Shown here piece after piece: positions 27,927 through 42,460 of a stretch of 64,000 nucleotides of DNA; the stretch's first letter is position 1; every line of letters begins with the position of its first letter. Location: the NCBI RefSeq assembly GCF_009914755.1, contig NC_060931.1; one strand, 5' to 3'. Origin of the DNA: the human T2T-CHM13v2.0 reference genome, Homo sapiens. Both the position numbers and the translations under genes were made by a program. Under the pieces are notes generated by a model that saw nothing but the letters and a program-made list of their open reading frames with translations, was not told the DNA's origin and ran no database searches.

Positions 27927-28614
27927 CCACTCTAAAGTGTTCTGGCACATTTTAGAAAGAGAGGGACCCAAAGACTTTAAAGTGGCAAAGTCACCCACCA
28001 AGTGACTTTTGTTCTGTTTTTGTGAGTTATTGGCCATACTTTTTATAAGTATGTGCATGCACACGTTACTTATGGATTTATTTTACTACTTTCCTGCTAA
28101 GATTACCTAGAATACATTTTTATGCCATTTGCTTTTTAAGAAGACCAGCATAATAAAGCGAGAAAGAAGCAAGGGATTTGAGAGATTATCTAAAGGTGTA
28201 ATTATATGATTGACTGTGGAATTTCAGTTGAGACAATAAAGAGGAGTAGAAAAGAAGTCAATGAGGGATAGTGACAAAGTCATAGTGTCAGTGGATTCTA
28301 GGTCCTAAAGGGATCAAAAGATTGTTGAAATGAAAATACCAAAGGCAGCGAACTGGTCAGAGAGGAGTTGATAGTCTCAGAGAGAAATGCTTGAAATTGA
28401 GATATAGACAATTGCATTGCAGTTCTTATATTAGCGTTATAATTGGAGGAAAGCTTCTTCCCCTCTCCCGATGTGAAAAACAAGCTCAAGTACCGGCCCC
28501 TCTCTGGCCTTAATTCACTCTACCCCTATGCAGGTTTGCTGATTTACATGAATTGTAAATTTGGAAGAACGACCCACACAGGGCTCAGCTCTGCTCTTTC
28601 TTTTTCCTTTTCAG

Positions 28615-28741
28615 AGCACCTCCTCTCAGAGTACACATGTTTTCTTCTGTCGTCCATGCTGTAAGCTTTGTAGAACCCTAGCCTTGTGTTGGGAGGAGGG
28701 GGAAGAGAAGTCTGCCCAATCCACTGCTAGGGAAACGGTGG
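28615..28741 (+). other. Candidate internal exon (likely non-coding transcript)
   Basis: Acceptor ctctgctctttctttttccttttcag; donor gtgg|gtaagt (alternative acg|gtgggt after 28737). Motif evidence only. Confidence 0.35.
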
Positions 28742-29207
28742 GTAAGTCTAAGTCTGCCTAATTCTAGAGTTCAAAATTGGCCATTCACATATCTTACAAA
28801 CTTCAAATTTCCTGTGAGAGTTGGGGGAAGGAGTTGCTGCAGATAATTTGAAACTCAGCACTTACTCTATTCTAGAATATATGAGTCAATTAAGAGTAAG
28901 GTGTGTAAACCTAGGAGTCATACAGGAAAGAACCTTCTCCCAGAGACTAAACTACAGAGAAAAACAAGACTGTCCTGAAGCTGAAAGGTGGAATTAAGAG
29001 TATACTATCAAAATAAGCATAAACTTATCATTTAGGATCTAGTACATCTGCATGGAATATTACTGGAAAGAATATGGTTGTAGAGTAAAATAAAGATTCC
29101 TGTTCTACTTTTCCCACTTGCTTGCAAACTTCTTTAAACTTGATTTTTTCATCTATAAAACTGGGTATTAACATCAAATTTGAAGAATATTGTGAAGGAT
29201 TTATTTC

Positions 29208-29551
<344 letters not shown>

Positions 29552-31562
29552 TAAATGTACGGTTGCACCTTAGATATTCACTAAACTGTGGATAACAATG
29601 GAAGATGGAAGAAAATGCCTTTTTATAAAATCGGAGTAATGATAGAGAGGGACTTAAAATGATTATGACATGATTTAAACCTATGCCAAGAAAAGAGAAA
29701 TACATGAAGCTTGCCTCACTGGTATAGTTTGCTTCCTCCAATTCTTCATGATATATGGAAGTTTAGTTCTGTCTAAATGTGAACAACATGGGGAAAGTGG
29801 AGCCTCCTGAAAGAAGGGAAAGCTGGTGTTTGTGGACTTGTAAAGATAAGCCTCAGCAGTTAACCTGAGAGTTCTCAGGTTACAGCAGATTTGAAAGTAT
29901 ATCTAGCTTTAGTTTAAAGATCTAAATATGACAAAATGTGAACTCTATCTAAGAATTTAATTTTTATTCTCCCAATCCCTTTTTAACAGATACCCAGAAC
30001 TTAGCCTTCACTAAAAAAACTATTTGTGAGCCTATAAAGACCTTTACACATGCACTCACCTAACTCAAACCATCTTAAGCTAGTATTCCAATCTTTGATA
30101 ATCCCCATTGCCTAATATTTATCTATTCATAATTTAAATTAGAAATTTAAATAACATAGTAAAATAAAATGTTTATCACTATGGCATCCATGTGTAAAAT
30201 TCATATTATCATAAAAGCAAGAGCAGTTTTATGTATTTATTCAATGACTATAGCTTGCCTAACAAGTACACTGTACTTGGTGCAGGAGATATAGCCCATA
30301 GGTCCTTTTTTTGGCTTTTCTTTGATGCTGAAGGGGATGACCCAATTCCAAATTAGTTTGTTCAAGACTCAAAGACTGTCTGGAAAATTGTGGCAGGTGA
30401 TGGAGTCGCATCAGGGAGACAGTCCGGTGCACCACACAAAGAGCAAACCATCCCTTAGAGCCTTGGGCCCTGATCATTGTTCCACTCTTCAGGTTTTTGG
30501 TAAGTTGCCTACTAACCCTACTTCAGTGTCTTGGTCTGAATAATGAATTGAGCATCTAAGGTAGAACATGTGTGTGAAAAATAATTTTAAACTACATTGC
30601 AAAGGCAACCAACTATTAAAAAATGAACTACTGAAATTGTTTAATTCGTGCCTTAAAGAAGCTTTGTATTACCAAGTTAATTGGTTTAATTCATATGCCA
30701 TCCCATCTGCCTTTTAACAACTGAAATGGCTTCTTTCCATTTGTGATGGTTTTCTTGTCAAAGCATTGTTTTTGCTTGTTTGTTTCTACTCTACTGATAT
30801 TATTTGGTGGCATACGTTTTTTGTTTGTTTGTTTTTTACCAAACTAGCTTAAAGATACTTTCATTTAGCTGAGTACATTTGAAAGATCTTTATGGGCTCA
30901 CAGATTTTTTTTTCAATGAAGACCAAGTTTGTGGTATCTGTTAGTAAGGATGGAGAAAAACAAATCTAAAGTTTGCCTTAGTACACTTTATTTCCATGTT
31001 TGTTTTAATTAATCCCTCTTCCAAGATTTCCTCTAGAACATGACCACAGGTCTCCCTGAAAATATTATCATCAACTGATCAACTGTCTCTCAAGTAGAAA
31101 GCATACCCTTTTGAATTTGTTCCAGTTGTACACATATGTAACCATTTTATTCCAAGGACCTTTGCTGAGACACACGGCCACAAATACAACATATGGAGAT
31201 TCAGATTTACATAAAGATACATTGGTAATTTTTTTCTTTATAAAATGATTTGCTACACATTTTTTCCTGCTAACTCTGCTGCATGTCATCAAAAACATTT
31301 TTTTTAAATTATTAAATGTCATGTGTAACTCTCTCTGCAAGGTAATATGGAGAATTTACAACTAGGAATGGATAGAGCTACCCAACTAACTGTAACTCAA
31401 AATCTTTAAATCCATTTAAAATAGGTTATAAATAACATAAGTATAGGAAGATGGTAGCAACACATTCTGATTGAAATATTAGTGAAGATTCAGAAATTAT
31501 AATTTCAGCTGAGCATTAACATGCTAGAAGAAACATTTTGATAAATGGTTTAACAGACTATC

Positions 31563-32980
31563 TTGGTGGCATGCTCTCATTCCCTGCCATTCTTTTTACT
31601 GGTTTGACTGATAATCCTAGACCCTAGTTGCTGTGGGGTACATCAGCAGACAGTTTGCATGATTAGCATTCTCTGGGGAATACCCATGGCCAATTGAAGC
31701 TGTCTTGCCTCCACTTACCTCATTGGCAAAGGTCAGTAATTGATTCAATGGGGGTACGAAAGCCCCATTTCTTTGTCTAAGGTGGGATAGTGTCTGGGGT
31801 GCAATTTACATTCCCCATTGGTTCATATTGACACTGGACTGTTTCTGAAACCACATTGCGCCATAGCTCCCCGTTCCTTTTTCTCTATACTGTTTCCCTT
31901 TCTCGGATTTCACTCTGAAGGAGGTATAAGCCCCAGGTATGTTGGTTGGAACCAGGAAATTGTGCCTGAGAGTGATGCTTGGGTGCTGAAGCAAGTGTTT
32001 AGAATAAAGCAGAGTTGATTGACACAGGGGCACTCTCCTGTGAGACAGAATCACATGCCCTGGCAAGAACTCTGATGTGCTGCTGGGAAGGCTCACAGCA
32101 GCCTGGAAAAGTGTTAGCTCCCCTTAAAAGAACAGCAATACTAGAACTGCGCTGGCAGAGTGTGGAAAAGGACTAAAGGCTCAGGGAAGTGGGCTTGCCA
32201 GAATGTACCTATTATGTAAGTCCCCAAAACTCACAACTGACTGTGTTTCTAAGAAGGCCTGAAGTACTGTCCTTCACTTGGTGGGCCTAGTTACTGGTAT
32301 GGTGGCCAGGAGAAAAGGTGGGAGCAGATCTTGGGGACAGCAAGCTTTGTATGGAAGGCAGATCTCTCTAGGTTGTGTTTCAAAGGTAGATCAGGGGAGT
32401 GTGGCCAGATGGATGAAGTCCAAAATACAGTATAGATTAGCTTTTATTAAAAAATAAAAATATATGGGAAATGAAAAGAGAAAAATAGGACGGAATTTAA
32501 ATCTTTCCAAGAAAATCAGTGGAAAAATAATTCTGCATTGATCAACAATGCCTTCCCCACACGCCCCAACCCCTGCCATGGAGAAAGGCAGCAACGATGA
32601 ACATTGATTCAACCCAGAAAATTTTGTGTCAAGGCCAAGTCAGGACCTACATCACACAGTCCTGTTCGCTGTTCAGCCCAGTGATCTCGGAGTGGGAGAC
32701 TGGGGACTTGGCATGTAAACACAAGACTCTGGAAGCAGAAGAGAGCAGAACCTCTACATGGCTGTGAAAGCTCTTATCCACCAGGAAGAAAAACACTGTA
32801 GATGGCACTGAGTGTACCGTAACAAGAGCAATTACAGCCAGAGTGATTACAGCTGCAGGGATCAGTGCTTCTGTTATTCCGTCACAGAGGGAGGATTTGG
32901 AGTTATTGATACATGGTGCATTGGGAGGGAACATAATGTTGGCCAGAGGGAATGGTGTTCTGTAGCCATGAAAAATACAG
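31563..32980 (+). mobile_element. Ancient ERVL remnant: LTR16-like piece then degraded gag-region fragments
   Basis: ctagaactgcgctggcagagtgtggaaaaggactaaaggctcagggaagtgggc resembles ERVL gag; ggggtacgaaagccc...gtgcaattta resembles LTR16. Boundaries approximate. Confidence 0.55.
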
Positions 32981-34480
32981 TCCTCCTTCCTTGCAACATC
33001 TGTCACCTCTGCTAATTCCCAAAGTGTGGTTACTGTTGCTTTTCTCAGAATATATGTTACACTTTCATTTTAGGCAAGATATCACACACACATCGCCCAT
33101 CAAGCCTCTTACAGCATTTGCTGAGACATATGGGAAGAGGAGCAAGGAGCAGAATATCATGGGAAAAAGTGAAAAAAGAGCAGAAACAAGATCAGTTCTC
33201 ATCAGTTAACCCAGAGCTCACTCAGAACAGAGTCCCAGGAGCAAGAATGTTTGCGGAACATAAGAAATGTTTGTTGTTTTTATAATATAAACTTCTTGAA
33301 GTACACTCTGTCCAACTGCTGCCATTACCTGTGTTTGAAAATCAATACAACATATACAAAGTAAACTACTCATTATTTTGCACACAGTAACAGCTTGACT
33401 CCAAGTCCTACGTATAATTTGTAAGCCTTTCATGTTAATAATTTATGTTTTAAGTCCACTGGGCCTGTTTTCTTTAAAAACATTTTTTTAAATCCACTGG
33501 AAAAAAAAAGCTGGTTTGATTTAACTTGTTTTTTTCCTAGGGTTTTTTGTTGAAGTAGCCACAAAATACCACCACAATATTTCGTGATCTTTTGTGATCA
33601 AGTGCTAACTATTGAGTCTTGCTCTGAAATATTGATTTGTCATCTGAAAGAAAAATTTTCTTTCCTAATCAGCCATCTTCTACTTTGGCATTTATCTTCC
33701 CTCACCCATCAGTGTCAGCATGATGATGCCACAGGTGGTAGAGGCAGGAGTCCCTGAAGATGAACTACATCCCAGAATTGTGAGTGATTACATTTTTTCC
33801 CCTGAGAAAATTCTGAATGTTTTCTCAGAACTTCATTTACATAACTATCCTTTTGGATCCAGGCCAGTGCTTTTCTCCTTGCAAGTCCTTTGGCATAGCT
33901 GATCAGCCACAGACTGCTCCAATAAAAGAGATGGTACTTATGTCAATATATTTTCAAATATCTATCAGCATCTTAGAATGTATTCCTTTTAATGCCTCCC
34001 TTCAGAGCTCATGACTCAATCTGAATTAGTTGAAAATTTAGATATTCATTTCTATTTTCCAGAATAAGGAAAATGGAATATCCACAGAGCAAAAGCTCCT
34101 CCAGCTCAAAACAAATGGAAATGCTAGGAAAAATAAAAAATACTCTTTTTAAGTCAAAGCTTTGCCAATGAGAAAGTTAAGGAAATTCAGAGGCCCCAAA
34201 CCACATAAAAAAGCACAAATCTAGAAAGCTGAGCATACACTGAAGCTGGCAATTTCTCTGCAGACTTTGGTCAGTCAGTCCCTGGGAGCCTTTGGTTTAA
34301 TGAACCATAATGATGTTAGAAGACAAAATCAAGACCTTTCATCATGTGGAAAGATGGACCAAAGATCTAGATAAGTATGATGCCTCCAAAAGTCAACATG
34401 CATGATAGATAAAGTTAAAAATCAAGGCAACATAAACACCAAAGGAAGCAGGCAAGAAAATGTGTCTCAGCCTTGGTTAG

Positions 34481-34890
34481 TGATATAGTTTGGATGTTTG
34501 TCCCCTCCAAGTCTCATGATCAAATGTAATTCCTAATGTTGGAGGTGAGGCCTGGTGGGAGGTGTTTGGATCACGGGGATGTATCCCTCATGAATGGTGG
34601 TGCCATCCTTGCAGAAATGAGTTCCCACTATATGAGTTCATGTGAGATCTCATTGTTTAAAAGAGCCTGGCACCTCCTCCCTCTCTCTTTTGCTCCCTCT
34701 CTTGCCATGCGATACACCAGCGTCCCCTTTGCCTTCTGCCATGATTGGAAGCTTCCTGAAGCTTCACCAGGAACAGATGCTGGTGCCATGTTTGTACAGC
34801 CTGCAAAATCATTAGCCAAATAAACCTCTTTTCTTTATAAATTATCCAATCTCATGTATTCCTTTAGAGCAACCCAAGTGAACTAAAACA
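34481..34890 (+). mobile_element. MSTB-like solo LTR
   Basis: tgatatagtttggatgtttgtcccctccaagtctcatg...aaataaacctcttttctttataaattatcc...aactaaaaca. Confidence 0.92.
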
Positions 34891-35502
34891 GTCATAGTTG
34901 TTGGCTGAGAGAGACTGCATCCTGAGAATTCATAATCATAAGCTCACACTTGGGTGGACTTGGGGCTGGAATTCACATTTCCAGTGAGGTCCTAATATCC
35001 CAAGGTGAAAATCCAGTTTATGGTACTCTTGACTGGGAGTTACTCCAGGCATCTGGCAGAAGCAAAGATAAATTATCTACAGAGAGAAGCATTTTCACTT
35101 TAGCCTACTTACCATTAAATTCAGCTAAGTAGGAGTTTGCTAAGATCCCAGTGTTTAGGGGTTTAAATGTCAGTCTGTGTGGGAGCCAGTGACTTAGGCC
35201 TTAGGTTTTTGCACAGTGGAAAGGAAGGGAGAGAAATCTGAGACCCCCCTCACAGAGAAGTCACACTTTCAGTGAAAGTATATACTAGAGGAAAATCTGC
35301 CTACTTGAGGAAAAACCTCAAAGGGAATTTAAAATTAAACTTCTCTATGTCCACCATAGTTCTGACTGGGAAAAAATGAAATAGTAATAGTCTCCTCTTG
35401 GAATTTCTAACCATAGACTAGCCCACGATTGGGCCAGGTTTCAAACGTAAGTTATTTACAAGGTTGTGAAAGATCTATGCCAATAAATTGTTTTCAAGTG
35501 GT

Positions 35503-36422
35503 GTATTACAGGTTGGGCTCTTCAGCAGAAGAACAAGAGTAAGAGATTGAGGCACAGTTGTTTATTAGTGATCAAAGCCTGTGAAAGGAAGCACGAGGGA
35601 GCAGGACTGGGCAGAAGGAAAAGATGAATAATGATGCAGGCCCAACAAAGCCCCAGCCAAAAAAGCAGAGAGATACAGAGTATTGTTCATCAGGGTGTCC
35701 GAGGTGGTCCATGATAGCCAAACTATTATACCTGCTTCATGACCTCAGGTGCAGTGGCTCTTTGCAGCTGAGGTAGACCCCAAGTGGATAAGTGGAGCTT
35801 ATCTGTTTAGCACAGAAGTTCCCAACCTTTTTGGAACCACGGACCGGTTTCATGGAAGACAATCTTTCCATGGACCAGGGGGTGGAGGGGGATGGTTTGG
35901 GGATGATTTAAGCACATTACATTTATTGTGCACTTTATTTCTATTATTATTACATTGTAATATATAATGAAATAATTACATAATTCATCATAATGTAGTA
36001 TCAATAGAAGCCCTGAGCTTGTTTTCCTGCAACTAGATGGTCTCATCTGGCGGTGATGGGAAATGGTGACAGGTAATCAGGCATTAGATTCTCATAAGGA
36101 GCTCGTAACCTACATGTCTCACATGTGCAGTTCACGATAGGGTTCATGCTCCTGTGAGAATCTAATGCTGCTGCTGATCTGACAGGAGGCGGAGCTCAGG
36201 AGGTAATGTGAGCAATGGGGAGTGGCTGTAAGTACAGAGGAAGCTTTGCTCACTTGCCAACCGGCTCACCTCATGCTGTGTGGCCCAGTTCCTAACAGGC
36301 CATGGGCCAACCAATCTGTGCCCCAGGGTTTGGGGACCCCTGGTTTAGCATACGCCACAGAGTTAAGCAGCAAGTTCTTTCTTGAAGGGGGATCTGTATG
36401 CTGCCTCTCCATGTCTACCACA
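35503..36422 (-). mobile_element. LTR16-family ERVL LTR interrupted by MER1A
   Basis: gagcaggactgggcagaagg...gatgcaggcccaacaaagcc...ttgaagggggatctg...catgtctaccaca. Confidence 0.65.
35813..36342 (+). mobile_element. MER1A hAT-Charlie DNA transposon, complete
   Basis: Terminal inverted repeats cagaagttcccaacc / ggtttggggacccctg; perfect 8-bp TSD gtttagca at 35805-35812 and 36343-36350. Confidence 0.93.
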
Positions 36423-36699
36423 TAGACTCAGGCTGATGGTGCTCTCTGGGGGCTCACAATAGAAAATATTTTCTGGAGAGAAATATTTCTTTAATTTTTC
36501 CTTTTCAATTAAGTTCAGCAAGGTATGAGTTCAAAATAATAAATTATCAAATGTAAGCAAATAAGCTAGCAAAAGAATCAGAAGAAAAGATAAAACATTT
36601 AGGCACCACATAAGGCATCATACTGAATACAAAATGTTAGTTTAGATGAATTTTAAAAGTAAAGCTATATTGAAAATATGATCAAGAAACAAAAAGCTA

Positions 36700-38010
36700 A
36701 CAAATGGACTAGGTAACTTTCCACAATTCTATGCAACTAAAATTGAAATTCTAGTAGAAACTGGTAATTTTCTAGGGAAAAGAGAGTTAGCAAAATTCCC
36801 AAACAAGATAAAAAACTCCAAGTAAATAATTTTCCATAAAAGAATTAGAAACATTACAAAATAACTCTCAGGTTAAAAAGTACCAGGCCCATATAGCTTC
36901 ATGAGGGAATTTTATGATATTTTTAAGATCAAATAATGCTAAAGCTGTTTAAATTATTTTAAGTCCAAGAAGAAGGAATTATGGATACTTCCTTTAAAGA
37001 TACACAGACATACACACACACACACAGACACACACACTCACACCACATGCAAATGTGCAGTTACCTCAGCCCTAAAGCCAGAATCTTTATATAATGGAAA
37101 ATCACTAGAGGTTTTCCTAGTAAAATTTGAAATAAGACCAGGATCTATTATTTTCAACACAATTTAACTTTGGATTGGAAACACTAATTCACGTAATCAA
37201 ATTAGAGATAATGAAAACATGAACTTAGGAGGAAGAAAAAACATCTCTATTTGCAGATTATATAGTTAAATATCTGGAAAATCCAAAAGAATCCATTGGA
37301 AAAACTACTAAAAACTATAAAAGAATTTAATAAAGTAGCAGAATATAAACATAAAAATCCATAGCCTCTACAAACAAAATTTAGTTAGAAGAAATGATAG
37401 AAAAACAGGACACATTCACAACTTTGCAAAAAATAAAATACCTAAACATCACCTTAAAGTCAGAAGTGCAAAATTTGCATGAGTAAAACTATAAAGCATT
37501 CCTGGAAAAAAACACAAAAGTAGATCTCGGTGAACAGAAATACACATCAGGTTCTTACCTTAGAATATTCAACATCATAAAGATGTTAATTCTCACTGGG
37601 GCAATTTATAAACCTAAAATAATCCTAATAAAACACCATATTTGTCTTAAGCTACAAGCTGATTAGTTAGCTTATTCATAAAAATAGATAAAAAGTAAAA
37701 CTTTATGAAAGAAAATCAGTGAGAGGAAGGATGACAAGATGAAATTTTAAAATATGCTATAAAGTCTCTATAAATAAAATAGTGTGGGATTAGTGCATAA
37801 ACAGACCAATGACCCAATATAGTATATCTGATTATAGACCAAAATATATATGAAATCTCAGTATATGATAAAGGCATCATCTGAAATGGGTGGGGAAGGG
37901 ACTTTAATAAAGTGTGAGACAATAACTAAATGTAAAAGATAAAATTGAATCCATTCTTCACACTACACACAAGGATAAATTGCAAAAGGATCAGATATCT
38001 AAATTTGAAT
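36700..38010 (+). mobile_element. Ancient L1M ORF2 remnants
   Basis: taccaggcccatatagcttcatgagggaattt; tctctatttgcagattatatag; atatgataaaggcatcatc (degraded reverse transcriptase region). Confidence 0.8.
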
Positions 38011-38049
38011 AACAGTTCTAATGCATGTGTATAAAATATATGTATATAT

Positions 38050-38841
38050 CTTGGAGGCTTTGTTTCTTTTTACTCTTTTTTCTCTAAACTTCTTGCTTCA
38101 TTTCATTCATTTGATCTTCAATCACTGATACCCTTTCTTCCATTTGATCAAATCAGCTACTGAAGCTTGTACATGCATCACGTAGTTCTCAGCTCCATCA
38201 GGTCATTTAAGGACTTCTCTGCACTGTTTATTCTAGTTAGCCATTCGTCTACTCTTTTTTCAAGGATTTTAGCTTCTTTGCGATGGGTTCGAACATCCTC
38301 CTTTAGCTCGAAGAAGTTTGTTATTACCGATCATCTGAAGCCTTCTTCTCTCGACTTGTCAAAGTCATTCTCTGTCCAGCTTTGTTCCGTTGCTGGCGAG
38401 GAGCTCTGTTCCTTTGGAGGAGAAGAGGCACTCTGATTTTTAGAACTTCCAGCTTTTCTGCTCTGGTTTCTCCCCATCTTTGTGGTTTTATCTACCTTTG
38501 GTCTTTGATGATGGTGACGTCAGATGGGGTTTTGGTGTGGATGTCCTTTCTGTTTGTTAGTTTTCCTTCTAACAGTCAGGACCTTCAGCTGCAGGTCTGT
38601 TGGAGTTTGCTGGAAGTCCACTCCAGACCCTGTTTGCCTGGGTGTCACCAGCGGAGGCTGCAGAACAGCAAATGTTGCTGCCTAATCCTTCCTCTGGAAG
38701 CTTCGTCTCAGAGAGGCACCTAGCCTTATGAGGTGTCAGTCGCCTCCCTACTGGGAGGTGCCTCCTTGTTATGCTACTCGGAGGTCAGGGACCCACTTGA
38801 GGAGGCAGTCTGTCCGTTCTCAGGTCCCAAACTCAGTGCTG
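38050..38841 (-). mobile_element. L1PA 5'UTR/ORF1 segment (inverted arm of a twin-primed insertion)
   Basis: Antisense ORF1 start and 5'UTR: gtcaaagtcattctctgtccagctttgttcc...ctgcaggtctgttggagtttgctgg. Confidence 0.93.
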
Positions 38842-39303
38842 ATGAACATGTATGTTTACTGTGGCACTATTCACAATAGCAAAGACTTGGAACCAACTCA
38901 AATGTCCACCAATGATAGACTGGATTAAGAAAATGTGGCACATATAAACCATGGAATACTATGCAGCCATTAAAAAGGATGAGTTCATGTCCTTTGTAGG
39001 GACATGGATGAAGCTGGAAACCATCATTCTGAGCAAACTATTGCAAGGACAGAAAACCAAACACTGCATGTTCTCACTCATAGGTGGGAATTGAACAGTG
39101 AGAACACATGGACACCGGGTGGGGAACATCACACACCGGGGCCTGCCAGGGGGTGTGGGGAGTTGGGAGGGATAGCATTAGGAGATATACCTAATGTAAA
39201 TGAAATGACGAGTTAATAGGTGCAGCACACCAACATGGCACATGTATACATATGTAACAAATCTGCACGTTGTGCACATGTACCCTAGGACTTAAAGTAA
39301 AAT
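38842..39303 (+). mobile_element. L1PA (PA5/6-like) 3' end
   Basis: ggcactattcacaatagcaaagacttggaacc...gtgcacatgtaccctaggacttaaagtaaaataaa. Confidence 0.94.
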
Positions 39304-39312
39304 AAATACATG

Positions 39313-39343
<31 letters not shown>

Positions 39344-39418
39344 ATATGTATATATGTATATAAACATATATAAAATAAATATATGTATGTATGTGTGTAT
39401 ATATATATATGTATATAT
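39304..39418 (+). repeat. (TA)n/(TG)n low-complexity tract
   Basis: Direct reading. Confidence 0.92.
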
Positions 39419-40359
39419 TTCCAGATTCCACTGACAACTGCTTTGGTAAGTGAATTGGTCAGGCAAATGAACCACTAGAGCAATGAAATTCACTACCTTT
39501 TTGTGATGTTTGATTATGTGATAGAGTACATAAAGGGTTACTAATTAACAGTTTTAAAAAATGAACACTCAAAAAATGAATGGTGAGGTGAGAAGAAGGA
39601 TGAAATCTTGTCATTGTGCTTACTTGACAGACTAGATACGTGGGATGCTTTCCAAAAGCTGGTCATAGGACACTGGAAATCAATATTTTAATAACGTAAT
39701 AAATTAGCATTTTACCTAAGAGAACACTTTCAACCATATTAGATACTATTACTTACATACAAACATAGTTCTGGTACTCTGTACAAATGACAGTCTACAC
39801 AAATAACTGCAATAAATTGAAGTTGCAAATAATTGCCAACTATTAATTAGTGAAAATATGAAAGGAGCTCTCTTTTAAATATTTAGAGGCAAATATCATT
39901 ACATATTGAAAACATATTCTACAATTAAGATTCTATTGTTTCAGAATGAACTTCTCCTTTTCTTTTGCTTTTTCATCTCAGAAAGTCAATTCCTGTAACT
40001 GGTATTTTATAAATTCTACTACTGCTGAAAACAAATCACGGGTTTTAATAATCACTTTCCTATAACTTAAACCCTCAAATTAATCCAAAAGTTAGAAGCA
40101 GTGATTGGCCACAGTGCTCCAAAGGAGATTTTAGGAGCTTAAAAAAATACAAATAGAATCCTGCTATGATCTCAACCAAATAAGACCCATTGAAGCCACT
40201 GCACGCAAAGAGGTGAAAAAGGATAAGGCCACTTTTTCCCACAGGTTGTCCAGTAATTCGAACTAGATAAAATGCAGAATGCACTCTTCTGTGTCAACAG
40301 AAATACATAGCAAGCAACCATTAGTTTGTTTATTGAGTTTTTTAAATGCACATCACATA

Positions 40360-41392
40360 GTTTTATTTTTTTTTAATTTTTTTATTTCCATAGGTTATTG
40401 GGGAACAGATGGTGTTTGGTTACATGAGTAAGTTCTTCAGTGGTAATTTGTGAAATTTTGGTGCACCTATCACCCAAGCAGTATACATTGCACTCAATTT
40501 GTAGTCTTTTATTTCTCACCCACTTTCTATCCTTTCCCCGAGTCCTCAAAGTCCATTGTGTTATTCTTAGGCCTTTGCATCCTCATAGCTTAGCTCCCAC
40601 TTATGAATGATAACATACAATGTTTGGTTTTCCACTCCTGAGTTACTTTACTTAGAATAACAGTCTCCAATCTCATCCAGGTTGCTGCAAATGCCATTAA
40701 TTCATTCCTCTTTATGACTGAGTAGACTTCCATTGTATATATATATGTCACAGTTTCTTTATCCACTTGTCGATTGATGGGCATTTGGGTTGGTTCCACA
40801 TTTTTGCAATTGTGAATTGTGGTGCTATAAACATGTGTGTGCAAGTATCTTTTTTGCATAATGGCTTCTTTTCCTCTGGGTAGATACCCAGTAGTGGGAC
40901 TGCTGGAGCAAATGGGAGTTCTACTTTTAGCTCTTTAAGGAATCTCCACACTATTTTCCACAGTGGTTGTACTAATTTACATTTCCACCAGCAGTATAGA
41001 AGTGTTCCTTGTTCACCACATCCATGCCAACATCTATTATTTTTTTATTTTTTGATTATGGCCACTCTTGTAGGAATAAGATGGTATCACATTGTGGTTT
41101 TGAATTTGCATTTCCCTAATCCTTAGCGATGCTGAGCATTTTTTCATATGTTTGTTGGCCATTTGTATATCTTCTTTTGAGAATTGTCTATTCACATCCT
41201 TAGCCCACTTTTTGATGCGACTGTTTGTTTGTTTGTTTTCTTGGTAATTTGTTTGAGTTTGTTGTAGATTCTGGATACTAGTCCTTTATCAGATGTATAT
41301 ATTGTGAAGATTTTCTCCCACTCTGTGGGTTGTCTGTTTACTCTACTGGCTCTTCCTTTTGCTGTGCAAAAGCTCTTTAGTTTAAGTCCCAG
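40360..41392 (-). mobile_element. L1PB1-like 3' end
   Basis: ccataggttattggggaacag...ggttacatgagtaagttc; ORF2 C-terminal peptides [14 protein letters not shown]...[10 protein letters not shown]. Confidence 0.93.
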
Positions 41393-41689
41393 CTCTTTCC
41401 ACACTCACATCAAAAGATTCATGTTTAAATGTTTCAGTGCTCATCTTGTCATTACTAGTCATGCCTTCATGTTAAAATCAAATTTTTTACTCTCATATAA
41501 GCCTGCTGTTGTCTCCCTACTTGTAACTATAATTAACATTAGAATTGCTGGGTATTAGAGATTATAGATGATTCACACACTAGAGGAAAATTCTTCGGCA
41601 TTTCTACTTTTTTAAAATAAATACTCCTTGTTATATCTTTCTGAATTTTATAAAATCTATTGTCCTTGCTTTGAGTTTTCTTTTTACAG

Positions 41690-41745
41690 GTGGAAAACCT
41701 CTTTAAAACTGTGTGCAGTAAACTCTTAAGAGTAGATGAAGAAGG
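41690..41745 (+). other. Candidate 56-nt exon
   Basis: Acceptor ttgctttgagttttctttttacag|g; donor aagg|gtgagc. Motif evidence only. Confidence 0.35.
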
Positions 41746-42460
41746 GTGAGCTTGAATAAAGCATAGAAAATCATGACTAACCAATCCAATAGCAGATGTT
41801 TCTATTATTAAATAGAGATATTTAAAAATGTATTAGAAACTTGTGAAATAGAAGGACATTTAAGGCACTTAGTCTCAATCTTCCTTCTACATCCTTACAC
41901 CTCTATAAATTCCACCTTCTTTAACAAACCCAGGCTTTTAGGTTTGAAGCACACTAAGCAATCACTCACCTACTGAAGTTGAACATTTATATAAATAAAA
42001 CGGAAAATCTGCAAATCATTTTGCTTATTTCCATAGACAACAGATAAGGCTAAAGTAAGGATAGTCAAAGTTACCTCCATTCTTTCTTACACGCTCAACT
42101 TTCTGTATTGATCAGGAGGACACATTTCAGATTATTCTTATTAGCTTTGTGACTTATAGTTTCATTTGTATTTTAATCAACTTTCAATTCAACAAGTATA
42201 TTTTTGGATATGTAATTCTAACTCAGCACCATGCTAGGCTCTGTGGGGTAACAGAAGTAAAGATAAGATTTTATATTCTTATAAGTAAAAAAAAAAAATC
42301 TGGAAATAGGAGGAATGTTGCTCAGTTTAAAAATGCATCATTTTGAATGACATAGGACAGAAGTATTACACTTAGAAACAAAAGGTAGGCAAAGAACATG
42401 ACTGCAAGGCTAGGTTTTGGTGAATACTTCTGAATGCAGAAATACAGCCTACTGCTTTTC

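Noticed and set aside
32647-33006. 119-aa minus-strand ORF with a hydrophobic stretch
   Set aside because: Appears to be antisense to a degraded ERVL internal remnant; no recognisable domain or supporting gene structure.
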